64,000 nt of DNA from Eledone cirrhosa (GCA_964016885.1 OZ024754.1:620001-684000); one strand, 5' to 3'. Shown: positions 40,510 through 53,120, counted from the stretch's first letter. Notes: generated from the sequence alone by a model not told the origin. Translations and numbers: made by a program.

Positions 40510-40720
40510 AGTGGGTACATGTGGAATAACTTAAACAGGGCCTGGGAATTACATTAAGGGTAGATGTGCCTGTGGAATACTCAACTGCTGGCATAATTAC
40601 ATTAAGAGTAGATCTACCTGTGGAATAACTTAGCCACTGGTATATTGATTAATACTTAACTTCTGGCATAATTACATTATGGGTAGATGTACTGTGGAAT
40701 AACTTAACCTCTGGCATATT
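40510..40720 (+). repeat. Tandem amplification of a SINE family C internal segment
   Basis: About four copies of (aattacatta.g)ggtagat.t.c.tgtggaataact; single copy at 37668-37720. Confidence 0.7.
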
Positions 40721-41258
40721 AATTCATTAGTTCGATGTTCAGTTAATTGAATAACTGAAATCACATCGAAACCAACTGAGTATCATTTAATTAAGAATTT
40801 GTTAATATTTTATTGTTTTAGAATTTTATTAAGATTGTAACGAACATATGAGATGTAGTTGGTCAGAATTGCTGACTTTAGTTTCTTTATTTAATGTTTT
40901 AGTGTTAGTGGTAAAGGTGCAAGACCTAGTGGTTAGCTTGTTGGGCTCATGTTCATAAGTTTGTGAACTTGATTTTCTGGACTGGATTATATGTTGTGTA
41001 CTTAAGTTTTTCATCTTGGCTCAGTCCACTCAGTTGGAAAACTAACATGCATGGATGACTTCTGGTCTTCCAGAAAACACCTTGCCCAGGCTTGTGCTTG
41101 GGGCCTTTAGTCTTGATAGAATATTTAAGATTTATTTAAAAAAAAATTTTTTTTTTTTTATACCTTTCATAGGAGACTATACTGTTGTTATTTTATAAAT
41201 GTGGCCTAGACAAAACTTTCCTTGTATTTCTTAAGTTAAATTTAATATTTATTTTCAG

Positions 41259-41362
41259 TTAATGGGGGAGGAACCAGATCTTGATCCTGATATTACTCGA
41301 GATTTTTTTGAAAAAAATATCCTCCTGCTAGATCCTGCTCTTCTCACAGAAAATGGAATGAA
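41259..41362 (+). CDS. USP9X: USP9X-like coding exon 18
   Basis: cag|[34 protein letters not shown]|gtaagt. Confidence 0.95.
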
Positions 41363-42123
41363 GTAAGTTGCATTGATTATATTTTAAAGAAATTAGTATT
41401 AAGTCACCTAAATGGTTGGCATCTTGCTGTAGAAACCATGCCAAACTAAAATGTATAAGCAGGATGCAGACATCTGCCCTATCTAGTCTCAGAATGTGAT
41501 AACTTGTCCAACCCATGCCAGCATAGAAAATGGATGTAAAACAATGATGATGCTCTGGTATATATTTTATATAATCTTTGTGAAAGATCTTATTCTAAAT
41601 AAGTTGATATATAATGAAATTATTTCTATTAAGAGTAGTACTATATAATTTAATAAAAAAATGTTCATTTCATGTTTAACTTATACATTTTAGTTTGGCA
41701 TGGTTTCTATAGTTAGATGCCAACCACTTAGGTTACTTTAATAGCACCCAGTCCACTCTGTAAGATGGTTGTGCTGGTTACAAGACAAAAAAACATACTC
41801 AGTCCATTGTGTTAGATGATCATTTTGGTGCCACAATAAAAAGCACCCAGGTGACACTAACGTGGTAGAAAGAACATCCAACCGTAGAAACCATGTCAAA
41901 ATACGGACCCATATGAACAAGATGTGGTTATCTGACCTGTCTCATACCACCACAACCTGTATAACCCATGCAAGTGTGGAAAAATGAACATTAAACGATG
42001 ATGAATACAAATATGTTAATCATATAATTAACTTTTTTTTTTAATAAATAAATCATCTTTTTATTGATTGCTTTTGCTTGAAGGATAACCAGATTGTAAT
42101 TCTTTTTCTTTTCTTTTGTTTAG

Positions 42124-42241
42124 TTGTTATGAAAGGTTCTTTAGGCATGTCAATTTGAAAGAAAACAAACTTGTAGTGAAACGAAGAGGAGGTCATATGA
42201 TGAACGATCTAGAGCTGATTGGTTTGGAATATTTATGGAGG
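42124..42241 (+). CDS. USP9X: USP9X-like coding exon 19
   Basis: tag|[39 protein letters not shown]|gtatgt. Confidence 0.95.
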
Positions 42242-42657
42242 GTATGTTTGTAATTGAAACCTAATAAATGTACTGAAATTGCATCTCAGTATGCAGAATT
42301 ATTTATAAAACAAAGATTAATGAAATAATTATCTGTAATTTGTGGTCACATTTAAAAAAAAGTTTATATATGTGGTGATTTAAATCATTATTTTGTTTCT
42401 GTATCTAAAAAAAAAAATGTCTGTTTAGTCAGTGGTGAAAGGGCAGTGTTTATGAATCTTTCATGGACTCTGAGACTAATGGGTGGGAGGGAGGGAGCAA
42501 AGAATCTTCAAACTGAAGACCTGGCTTGAATGTTTGCAACAGGGTAGACTCTGCTAAAAGCACCCAAGTGCTGGTGTTAAACCAGACAACAGATTCTAAT
42601 AACTGCCAATTCATGTATTCTGGTTATATTTGATTTATGAAAGAATTATTGACTATG

Positions 42658-42951
42658 CAGTTGTCCTCTGGTATTTGTGGGGTGGTTATGTTCCTAGAGC
42701 ACCCGCAAATATTGGACGTGGTCCATAAAAAATGCCTATAAATGTCAAAACATAACGTAAAATATAGGCTGGCAAATATGGTATATTAATAATTTAATGT
42801 TAAAAACGTGTGCACGTAAAAAAGCCTTAAAAATACCGCAGAAGATATTTACAATTCCGTGAATATGCGGTGGTTTCCACGAACAATTATTAGTTAGGTT
42901 CTAAGGAAAATTCTGCCAATAACTGGGACCACGAATGTTGGGGGTTCACTG
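42658..42951. mobile_element. Tigger/pogo-like MITE (degraded)
   Basis: Ends CAGTTGTCCTC...GGGGTTCACTG-TA with ccgcaaat/ccgtgaat subterminal motifs. Confidence 0.6.
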
Positions 42952-43308
42952 TATTTCTTAGAAACTATTTGTGTGATGAAAAACAAATTTAAGAATGTAC
43001 TGTTCTCTTTTTTATCCCAAACTGCCTGAAACCACCTCTGGTTTTGTGATACAAAAATGTTTATTTGGAAGGGGTTTTTTTAATTTAAAAATCTATTATA
43101 ATTTTATGTAAGAACCTTCAAGTTATGTTCCAAACACTAGCTAAATAATCAGAAAGTTATATAAATAAACGCATCCAAATTCTTGATCATAAAAAAAAAT
43201 ATCATGTATAGTATTTTTCATTGAGGGGTAAGGGTTATTATGGGGTATTTTTGTTTATATTTTAAGAATTTAAATTTTGAATGTTTCTATATTTTATTCT
43301 TTATTCAG

Positions 43309-43616
43309 GTAATCTTAAACAGTCCAGAAAGTGTTGCTGAGAAGCCTGTTGCTCTCTTAAAGGAAATATTTACTAACCTTGGTCCTCATTTACAACAGAA
43401 CCATGTAGATATTCATGAAGACTTCATTCAGACTTGTATAGATCGTCTGAAACCATCTTATGACATTGTTCGAGTATTAGAGGATGACAAAGAGAGTAAG
43501 AATAGAGTAATTCTAGAAGCAATGCGTATGGTTCGTGTTTTGACTGTACTCAAGGAGTATGTTGCTGAATGTGATGAAGCCTATGGCGAAGAAAGATCAA
43601 TATTACCTCTGGGAAG
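43309..43616 (+). CDS. USP9X: USP9X-like coding exon 20
   Basis: cag|VILNSPESVAEKPVALLKEIFTNLGP...EERSILPLG|gtaggt. Confidence 0.95.
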
Positions 43617-43934
43617 GTAGGTTTGTTTGTTTTCTTTTGTTTTTTCTAAACCCATTTATTTGCTTGTGAAGTGGAAGTTGAATTGTTTGTCATTAGTAAT
43701 GTCAGATAGAATACTGTGCCTTCAGTTCAAATCCTGCTACGGTCAACCTTGCTTTTCATCCCTTTCAATGGTTGATAAAGTACCTGTTTTGTACTAGGGT
43801 TCATTCTTCTTTCTTTTTCATTTTCTCTTTCTCACTTTCTCTTTCTTTCTCACTTTCTCTTTCTTTCCTTCAAAGAAAATGAGATCTGAGGAGGGATGTA
43901 TGTCACAATGGTGTTGTGACATACATCCCTCCCC

Positions 43935-44125
43935 AGGGAACACTGCAATCTTTCAAAACTTCTATGCTTCCCGAAATTTGCCAATACTACACCTGTGTGT
44001 GTGTGTGTGTGCGTATATGCGTATATCATGACTTGTTCACTTTCCTGACTTTTGTACATTATTCTATGTACTATACATTCACCTTTGCTGAGTTATAGTG
44101 CACTTGAACACTGTTCACAATAATT
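43935..44125 (+). mobile_element. CR1 3'-end fragment
   Basis: Homologous to 29315-29470 (cactgca.tctttcaaaac...atgcttccc.aaatt.gccaa.actacacctg). Confidence 0.8.
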
Positions 44126-44493
44126 TTCATACTTATTATTATCAGTATCGGCAGAGGGTTGGTTGCCATGCTTTACAGCATAGAGTTATGGTCCTTTACG
44201 GTCTGAGTTCAAATCTCGCCGAGGTTAACTTTGTCTTTTATCCTTACAGAGTCAATGAAATAAAGCCCCAGTAATGCACTGGGATAATTGCTGGCCTTGT
44301 GCCAAAAGTAGAAACAATTATTATTATACTCATATATGCTTCATGATGAAATTTGAAAAAAGAATCCTTAGGCAATTGCATTTCCCTTTTTACAATATGA
44401 ATTTATGAATGCCACCACTGTCATCATCATATATGCTTACATGGGTTGTAACAGCCTTTTTGAGGCTAGATGTCATTCCTAATGCCAACCCAT

Positions 44494-45142
44494 TCTATTC
44501 TAGGGCGGGTAAAATTCCTGAGATCCATGGACGAGTTCTCTCCAGCAGTCTCTGTCCCTCATTATCGCTGCCATGTCCTGCGTCTCCAACAGACCAGTGT
44601 CTGTCCTTAGGGCATCAACATACGTTAACCTTGGTCTTTCTCTTCCAGTGTGTCCATGTAGGGGCTCCCACAGGAGCACTGAGTGCAATGTCAACTCTGG
44701 ATGTCGGTGAGCATGTCCAGCTAACCTCAGTCTCCTCTGTGTCAATTTTGAGCTGACGTTTGGGAGGCTCCCATACAGCTCTGAAATTTTCATCCTCAGT
44801 GTATACTGATTAATGTTCAGAGCCATCCTCAGCATTCTCGTGTAGCACCCATACCATCTGAGTGAGTTTCTTGGTCAGTGTCCAAGTCTCAGACCCGTAC
44901 AGCAGCACAGACTCCACTACAGCAATGATGAGGCGGATTTTCAGGTCTTTACGAAGGTCCGACTTCCACACCGATCTCAAGCTGTGGCACGCCGCCCAGG
45001 CTTTACTCTTCCTCTCAACCACATCATCTTCCGTATTCCCAATCTTTGCTCCCAAATACAGGAAGTCCTCAACCAATTCTAGCAGCTTCCCGCCTACATT
45101 AGTGATCCCCTCTGGCTTCTCAACATTCTCTACCAGATATTT
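44494..45142 (-). mobile_element. 5'-truncated RTE-superfamily LINE with (AGAAT)n tail and 11-bp TSD
   Basis: FLYLG, LLYGSETW, RLRLAGHAHRH; TGCCAACCCAT at 44483-44493 and 45143-45153. Confidence 0.9.
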
Positions 45143-45523
45143 TGCCAACCCATAACTTATTTTAAGTGCAAGATATATTGTTTATGGGGAAGATAGACAA
45201 TGTCATTAACTTTTCATAAATTGTGTTATGAATATTGAATTCCTAATAGTAGGCTATAGCTAATATTGAAATATAAATGACTTACTATTAACTCAGAAAG
45301 GCACTTTTTGTTTGAACATATCTAGTAACGATCAACATTGGTGACATCATTTTGACACATATTTCCAAAGAGTTGGAAAGACTTTTCAGCTATTCCAAAG
45401 ACATAGTAACTTCCCTAGTGTTGGTGCCATGATAAAATGCACTCAGTATAGTATGATAGATTGAGTTGATCAATTTAGCTTTAGTTTTCATTATTAACAT
45501 TGTAATTATTTTCGTTTTTGTAG

Positions 45524-45764
45524 AGCTTGTCGAGGACGCCTAGTGACATTATCTGTGAGATTTCCTAATCAAGGGAGACATATAGAAGATTTAGACATCT
45601 GGTCCCATACAAATGACACTTTAGGTTCTGTGAGACGACAGATTTTGAACAGAGTGAAAGTTAGCAGTAGTAGCATTAAAGTTGACATGTATGTTAATGG
45701 AGAGCTTCTAGATCCTAGTGAAGATAAAAAATTGATATCACAAATTCCTCTTCGAGATAGAACT
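45524..45764 (+). CDS. USP9X: USP9X-like coding exon 21 (ubiquitin-like region)
   Basis: tag|ACRGRLVTLSVRFPNQGRHIEDLDIWSHTNDTLGSVRR...PLRDRT|gtaagt. Confidence 0.95.
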
Positions 45765-46342
45765 GTAAGTATTAACTTGAAATATCAAATCTTCTCTTAC
45801 ATAATTGCTATTTATGACTTTTCAGTGAAAAGACATTTCTAAAAATAAACCATAGTATTTTTTGTTATTGATATTTTTATCATATTTTAATGAAACTTTA
45901 ATCTTACATTACCATATTTCTAATGAAATACACAGTATCATGAAGAATTTTCAAGGATTTATTAGAATTATTATTTCATTATTAAGCTGGTATTTGTAAC
46001 ATAAAAGGTTCTCATACAAAATTATGTTGGAAGGTTTTAATTTAAATAAGAACTATGTAAGATTGGGGGTGGGATTGTCATAAAAGCAGAGGTGGGTTAT
46101 CGAAAGGAGTGAATATAAAAAGAGCAATTAAATTTTGCTGAATATTTTCTAAATGTAAAGGTGAAGTTTGACTAGAAAATGCTCTCTTGTTTCAAATGAA
46201 TCAAAACCATTATTTATATATTGTTTTACATCTATAATAATAATAATAATAATAATTATAAAAATAAAAGAAAATTTTGATGTTTGTTATTAATATGCGA
46301 AAAAAAAAAGTTTTGTTTAAGAAGAAACATTTTTTGTTTCAG

Positions 46343-46480
46343 GCCGTCTCGGCTAAATTGGTACAAGTTGGAAGTAATATGCCTTCCAGCCCAGACAGTA
46401 GTTCTGATAGCTCTGGAGGTTCTCCTCATAATACTTATGATGGACCTAACATAGAAGCTGAAAGCTGTCTACCTGGTGTG
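46343..46480 (+). CDS. USP9X: USP9X-like coding exon 22
   Basis: cag|[28 protein letters not shown]...EAESCLPGV|gtaagt. Confidence 0.95.
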
Positions 46481-46509
46481 GTAAGTACATTATTTACTTG
46501 ATAATCTCT

Positions 46510-47065
46510 TTCCAATCCAAGGAAGTTTCCATAGAAGTATTTGGTAGCTCCTGGTACCTTAGTTACCTAATTAGTTGTGGAGGAGTTTGCTTTGAAAGTA
46601 TAGTAGCTAAAAAAAGATCAGGATGGAAAACATTCAGAGAGCTATTATTCCCGCTGTTGGTCACAAGGGATTCATTTTCCGAGTGAAGGGTAGGCTGTAT
46701 GATGCCTGCATGAAAAGTGGGATGTTGCATGGTAGTGAGTTACGGGCAGTGAATGTAGACGGTATGTGATGGCTGAAGAGAAACAAATTGAGCATGCTCC
46801 ATTTGTTATGACTTTCTTCATCTTTCCTTTCACAACTTTCCTCCACTTGGATCTCTTGACACTTCTTCATTCAACATTAATCATCCATATACATTACATG
46901 TCTGTGCTAGTGTAATTTCCTCCCCTGTACATCTGATTGCTCTTATACCTAATTTTACTTTCAGCTCATCCATGCTTTGTCATTCATGTACTGGCATTGG
47001 TGTAGCAGATCTACTCCATCACAGCATTTCACCACTTGCTACAATCCCATATCATCTCCTTCTTG
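46510..47065. mobile_element. Rearranged RTE remnant (plus-strand piece followed by minus-strand pieces)
   Basis: GWKTFRELL, LYDAC, HGSE on +; GIRAIRC, KKCQEIQVE on -. Confidence 0.7.
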
Positions 47066-47641
47066 AGATTTAACATCCTGAGATATTCAAATATTGGAGT
47101 TGTGTCAGGTGAAGCAGTGATAACAAAGTAATTTAAATGATGAAAGATTAGACGTGGGATGGAGATGTAAGATTCTTTCAACTGGAAACAGCTACACTTC
47201 TGTAGCATTCAATGGCTGAGCAAAATAAACGTAGTTTTGATACTGTATAAGTTCAATGGTAAATGTTAGGTGTTCAGTTTCAGAATTGACTCTAGTGCCC
47301 AACAAACATCACCATGATAGATTAGTTCAACAAGGCATTCAAAATCAAATTCATGAGCTAGTCACAAAAATAGATTTCTACTAGACTTTGCTTAAAAGCA
47401 AACCAAGGTCTTGAACTCTTAAAAATAATAAAAAAAAGAAAGGCTTTAAAACGATTTAAGTTTATTTTGGAAATGTGGCACAATAACCCCCCCCCCCCCC
47501 TCCAGCCATGTGTATTTCCGTGTCAAGGGGACAGTTTTAATATTTTTAGTGCGAAAATTATGAGACTAACCTTCATACCAAAATTATTAGTCAATGTAAT
47601 CCTGTTCCATTTTTACTTAATATTATCTTTCTTTGTTCCAG

Positions 47642-47762
47642 ATTATGGCTCAAGTGAATCGTTACACAGGATTTCTTTTCCAACTGTCAGATTTAGGTTG
47701 TCATCTGCAGTTACCAAAATTGAGAGATACAGCTAGAGCTCTTTTAAAAATTATGTCAGCTG
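47642..47762 (+). CDS. USP9X: USP9X-like coding exon 23
   Basis: cag|IMAQVNRYTGFLFQLSDLGCHLQLPKLRDTARALLKIMSA|gtatgg, phase 1. Confidence 0.93.
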
Positions 47763-48027
47763 GTATGGTGAAATTGTTTATTTATATTTGAAACTTTTCT
47801 TCAGTAACACTATAATAAAATATTTTTAAAAAAGGCAATAACTTTAGGAGTGCATAATTTAGATCATGGCTTAAACCTTTTCCATTTTCGATTCCTTTGG
47901 ATCAAATAAATTTTTCTGCAGCCCTTCATTTGTATTTTATAGAAAATTGTTACTGTATATAAATGGTCCTATCTTGGCAGGAAGTAATGAGCGACAAGTA
48001 AATATTAAGAATTTGTGTGTGTGTGTG

Positions 48028-48408
48028 TCATCATCATTTTACGTCTGCTTTTCCCTACTTGCAGGGGTGAGACGGGAACTGATTCTGGCTTGATTTCTAC
48101 AGCTGGATGCCCTTCCTAACACCAACCTCATTTACAGTGAGTGCTGGGTGCTTTTTTTCCGTGGCGCCTACACGTCCACTTTACAGTGTGGGCTGGGTGC
48201 TTTTTTGCCATGGCACCTCCACGACCACTTTGTAGTGGAATGATAGGGACCCCAGTCCTATCATCTCATTTCTACAGCTGAGTAAACTGGAGCAATGTGA
48301 AATAAAGTGTCTTGCTGAAGGAAACAACACATCACCCGGTTTGAGAATTGAACTCACAATCTTTCGATTGCAAGCCCAATGCTCTAACCACTAAGCCATG
48401 TGCCTCCA
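48028..48408 (-). mobile_element. SINE family A copy with a duplicated internal unit
   Basis: Full head-to-tail copy; tttacagtg.g.gctgggtgctttttt occurs twice. Confidence 0.88.
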
Positions 48409-48864
48409 TATTATATATATGAATATATATATATATATGGCTTTCCTGATGATTTCCTTCAAATGAAACAGTTCTAGTCGTGTAGTCCTGTAAAAGCCAT
48501 TTCTATATTAAATTTGATGTTTATACTCTACTAATATATTGAGTACCTTACTTACTGTGGTTACCCCTGGTTGAACCCAACACACACACACATACAGTAT
48601 ATGTGATTCAGTGAATTAATGGTGGTGGTACCAATATGAGCACTTGGTGCACAAGTAGAGTGTATATAAGAAAAATGAAGTTTCGTTTACGTGTATTTAT
48701 GTTTATATTGTATATCACTAATGTGTTCAGATGAAAATCTATTCTGTATCTACCGTAGTTGAAGAGTATCTCTCAATCAGTTGTTAAATTATTTTCTAAC
48801 TTCTTGTTTTATCAATCTCACATTAGTTTTCTTTATTACTTATTCATTATTTTTATAATAGATC

Positions 48865-49104
48865 TTAACCCTTTTAATACAAAACTGCCTGAAAACACCC
48901 CTAATTCTACAATACTAAGCTGTATATTTTAAAGTGTTATTTATCTAAAAACTTGCCATTGTAATTTTATGTCATAACCATTATTACATTGTTTCAAATC
49001 CCAGATGAATAATGAGAAAGTTAGTTACATTACTAAGAATCTCTTTGAAATATTTAAAAATCATAAGCAGTGTTTTATTTGAAATATACTAACGAAAGGG
49101 TTAA
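48865..49104. mobile_element. TTAA-flanked MITE family 2
   Basis: ttaa-cccttt ... gaaaggg-ttaa; related degraded copies at ~20959-21185, 32590-32810, 43005-43237, 45895-46112. Confidence 0.7.
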
Positions 49105-49190
49105 TATTGTAACTGTAATGCATTATTGTTTGGAATAATTGATTATTATACATTTTCATGGCTGCATTACTACTATATGTATATTTGTAG

Positions 49191-49318
49191 ATACCCATAC
49201 AATGGAGAAATTCCGCAGTATATGTATGGAACATGCCAGAGCTGAAAGTGGAATTTCAGCTGCACTTGAGAGCATGTTTTTTATTGGCTCCTCAACTCAA
49301 GTTCTCTACAATGTAGAG
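49191..49318 (+). CDS. USP9X: USP9X-like coding exon 24
   Basis: tag|THTMEKFRSICMEHA...LESMFFIGSSTQVLYNVE|gtaggg. Confidence 0.92.
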
Positions 49319-49457
49319 GTAGGGTGAAATAAAACATTTCTTTTTCAGTCATTTTTTTAAACTAATCTTTATACACGAGTTCAGTTTGTAAGGTGAGTGA
49401 ATACTAGAGGAGAGTAAACATCAAGAGAAATGTCACACCCACAATATCAAAGTTACC

Positions 49458-49671
49458 TTAACCCTTTAGCATTTAAACCAGACCATATCTGACCAGAATT
49501 CTCTCACCTCTCTCTGTTCAAACCGGCCATAAGCTGCGGCTTATATCAACGTTAAAGTATTGTTCTCAAAATAAATATCAAAATCTCATAGATTCGATAT
49601 TATGTGAGGTAAAGCCTTAACCATAAAAATACAATAATATATATAGAGTAATGAAAATGCTAAAGGGTTAA
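49458..49671. mobile_element. TTAA-flanked MITE family 1 (opposite orientation to 31174-31401)
   Basis: ttaa-ccctttagcattt ... aaatgctaaaggg-ttaa. Confidence 0.88.
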
Positions 49672-49980
49672 CGGCTACTGAATGAAGCAGTGGAAATTTG
49701 CATATGAAAGAGGCTTCCCTTTCTAGACTGAGACTTCTTGTAAATTGTCTTGGTTGAATGAAGTTGATTGGCTATTGTGACAATACAATACTGTGCATGT
49801 CACTACTACTCCTGTCCAATTGCAGAAGCGCACTGCTTGTTGCATCACCTTCCATTTCTTTTCTAGTGACAATATCAGGAAATATGGTAAACTGTTCTTT
49901 TGTTATTCTTTATTCTACTCTAGTTTTCACTCTTGCATTGTATTGGCTTTCCCAAAGCAATTCTAACATGTTTATATAAA

Positions 49981-50652
49981 CATCATCATCATCATCACTG
50001 TTTTACATCTGTTCTTCCACGCTAACATGGGTTAGACGAGTTGTCCTCTTGTGGGCAATGCTAGGTCAGGTGACCATGTCTTGCTTATACAGGACTGATT
50101 TTGGCTTGGTTTCTAGTCGGATGCCCTTCCTAACGCCAACCTCATTTACACTGAGTACTGGGTGCTTTTTGTCATGATGCCTACACGACCACTTTACAGT
50201 GTGGACTGGGTGCTTTTTGCTGTGACACCTACACAACCACATTACTGTGTTGAATTTTATTCAGTTGTCATCATCATCATCACCGTTTTACGTCCGTTCT
50301 TCCACGCTAGCATGGGTTGGACGGGTTGTCCTGTTGTGGGCAGTGTCCGGTCGGCTGACCTTGTCTTGCTCATATGGGATCTGATTCTGGCGTGATTTCA
50401 ACAGCTGGATGTCCTTCCTAACACCAACCTCATTTACAGTGAGTGCTGGGTGCTTTTTTGCCGTGACACCTCCACGACCACTTTGCAGTGAATGATAGGG
50501 ACCCCAGTCCTATCATCTCATTTCTACAGCTGAGTAAACTGGAGCAATGTGAAATAAAGTGTCTTGCTCAAGGAAACAACAGATCACTCGGTCTGAGAAT
50601 TGAACTCACAACCTTTCGATTGCAAGCCTGATGCTCTAACCACTAAGCCATG
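49981..50652 (-). mobile_element. Two tandem SINE family A variants carrying the alternative tail
   Basis: Same head and body as 2143-2478 but tail CCCGTCCAACCCATGCTAGCGTGGAAGAACGGACG(TGA)n. Confidence 0.85.
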
Positions 50653-51092
50653 TTGTAATGTATAAATAACATAACAAATATGTTTTAAATATATACATAA
50701 ATAACATTACCAATGCATAAATAACATTAGAAATTGTTTGCAATTCGTTCAGAAGAACATTACAAATATATCATTGGTAAACATGAATATAAAAGAGAAA
50801 AAAATGGAGGGCTGGAAGAAAAAACAAAAACTACCATCAATTCATCACCAAGTGCGACAATTGGCTGCACATCACATCATATGGGTTACTAAATACTTTG
50901 AGGCAAGCCAATACACTGGCAGCATTGCCATGGGTGATGGCGAGGCTAAGGTGCTGAAACAACCAGGCACCTTCATGGGCATCATCTGACACCTCAGTAA
51001 GGCTAGCCACCAATTAGTTTATTCATTTATTGATTTTAAAATACTTGTGTGTGTGTGTGATAATTTTAATATTTTATATTATATTTATTTAG

Positions 51093-51155
51093 GTGGTTTA
51101 CAGTCTGCTGATGCCAGCAGGTGCCCCTATTTCTGATGATGCTTTTGAATTTCAG
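51093..51155 (+). CDS. USP9X: USP9X-like coding exon 25
   Basis: tag|VVYSLLMPAGAPISDDAFEFQ|gtatta. Confidence 0.93.
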
Positions 51156-52157
51156 GTATTATGACATTTTCTATTGTATTATTGCATAAACAAATGTGCT
51201 TTCATTTAGATTTCTCACGCTCCATTGTCTGTTCTATAGAACTCTCAGACATTTTAAACAAGTGCTTTACATTTAAAAGTCAACTATATATCGTTGATTT
51301 TTTAACATAAAGGACTTGAACATTTTCTGTATCTGTGTAGTTATGGTTGCAGGCATAACAGTGTCATTAAGGTGTTTGCTTCGCAACTGCATGTTTCAAG
51401 GCTCAATTGCGCTGTGTGGTACCTTGGTAAAGTGTTTTCTACCATAACCTTAAGTTGACCAAGGCTTTGACTGGAATTTGGGAAAGAGAAACTGTGTAGC
51501 TCATTGGAATGACTGTTCTAGGCTGGTTGACTTAATCCACCACTCACATTCTGCCTTTGGGTGGCTTTATCAATGTTAAGACGGGGTTTCCAGACTGAGG
51601 ATAACGTTCTCTCTTCCTGCCCACAATCCTTAGACACCCTAAAAAGGATTATACTCTTCCTCCTCTGATCAAGCCACTAAAATATATATTTTATTTGAAT
51701 TCTTGAATCTTAAATCTATTTTAGTGGTTTCTAATTGTGTTCCAATTATATATTGGTCACAATGATCTACAGACTTGCAGAAGTATGATTATAGAAAATA
51801 TTTCTTAAACTAATAATAGTTTTGCCAACTGTTAAGTATGTTAAGCAATAGTTAAGATAATTTTAAATCCAGCAGTACTAACTTTATTACATTGCTCTAA
51901 TGGAGATCATAACTGTCAGTCATTTAAAAAAAAATTTATTTGTCTTTCTAGGGAAGAAGAGTGGTGTGTTAGCCTATTTTAGGGGCTCATTTTAGAATTG
52001 GATATTGGGCATGTTGCATGAAATTTGTTCATCATCATCATTTAACGTCTAAACAATGATGATGAACAAATTTCATGCAATGTTCAGTAATGTTTAACAT
52101 TATAATTGTTATTTTGCTGCCACAGTCTTAAAAAAAAAAAAATCTTTCTCTTTTTAG

Positions 52158-52249
52158 TATAATTTTGTACGTAGTGGTGGTGTACAACTGTCTTTAAATA
52201 TGCTAATGAAAAATAATTTCTTGCCAAATGCTGATCTCCCTACAAGAAG
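52158..52249 (+). CDS. USP9X: USP9X-like coding exon 26
   Basis: tag|[30 protein letters not shown]|gtaagt. Confidence 0.93.
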
Positions 52250-52882
52250 GTAAGTTAAACACATTAAGTTCATATACTCCTATAAATACGAACTTTCATT
52301 TCAGTTATCGTTAAATATATTGCAATTTTTTTTGTTTTTTTTACCTTTCTTTCAACAAGAATATTTTTTCTAAATCCACTAAAACAACCAGTAAATCTGT
52401 ATATAAAGTAACATCAGCAACTCCAACAGTCAAACTGGAATAAATTTTAAGTAGCAAGCATATTTATCAAACATTATGTTAAATGTAGTCTGCTAATGTT
52501 ACAGAAACATGAACTGTCATGTCTTCTAGACCATAATCCAGCTCCTTTCAATACAAGTTATGATTAAAGTTATGATTAAAAACAAACAGTAACATCCATA
52601 TGCTACATACTTTTAAATATATATTTCATTACTTATACTGCCAAATATTTACAGTTAACACTAACACTTAGCCATATTGCAAGCATTTGGGCCAGGTCTC
52701 TGCTGCTCTTCGTACTTTGACTATACAGTAAAAAAGAGAAAAGTACTGTGAAGAAGACCAAATGTTTTTTGTTATTAATATGAAGTATTCTAATTAACTG
52801 TTCAATACTAAACTATCAGGTTTTTTGATATATCAATAACTGATCAATCTAAATTCTTATGAGTTAATTTATTTAATTTTAG

Positions 52883-53120
52883 GAGTGCCTATGTGACAGT
52901 TTTGAAAATTTGCAAATTAATGACCACGACTGTTGGCCATGCGAAAGTTCAAGTTGCAGTTGATGCTTGTAGTGCTGATTCTCAGACCACTCCAATCCCT
53001 GTTAATGAACATAATTATGCAGTTACTCTTCAACAAGCATTAATATATATACCTAACTCAACATCTGAGTTTACATTGAGGACTGTTGCTGCACGGCTTG
53101 GTCAACAACTGAAAGAACAG
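52883..53120 (+). CDS. USP9X: USP9X-like coding exon 27
   Basis: tag|SAYVTVLKICKLMTTTVGHAKV...LQQALIYIPNSTSEFTLRTVAARLGQQLKEQ|gtaagg. Confidence 0.93.

Noticed and set aside
43301-43320. Recursive splice site (cag|GTAATC at exon 20; similar cag|GGTAAGG at exon 29)
   Set aside because: Explained by ordinary Val/Gly codons at phase-0 exon starts; introns are short and there is no other support.
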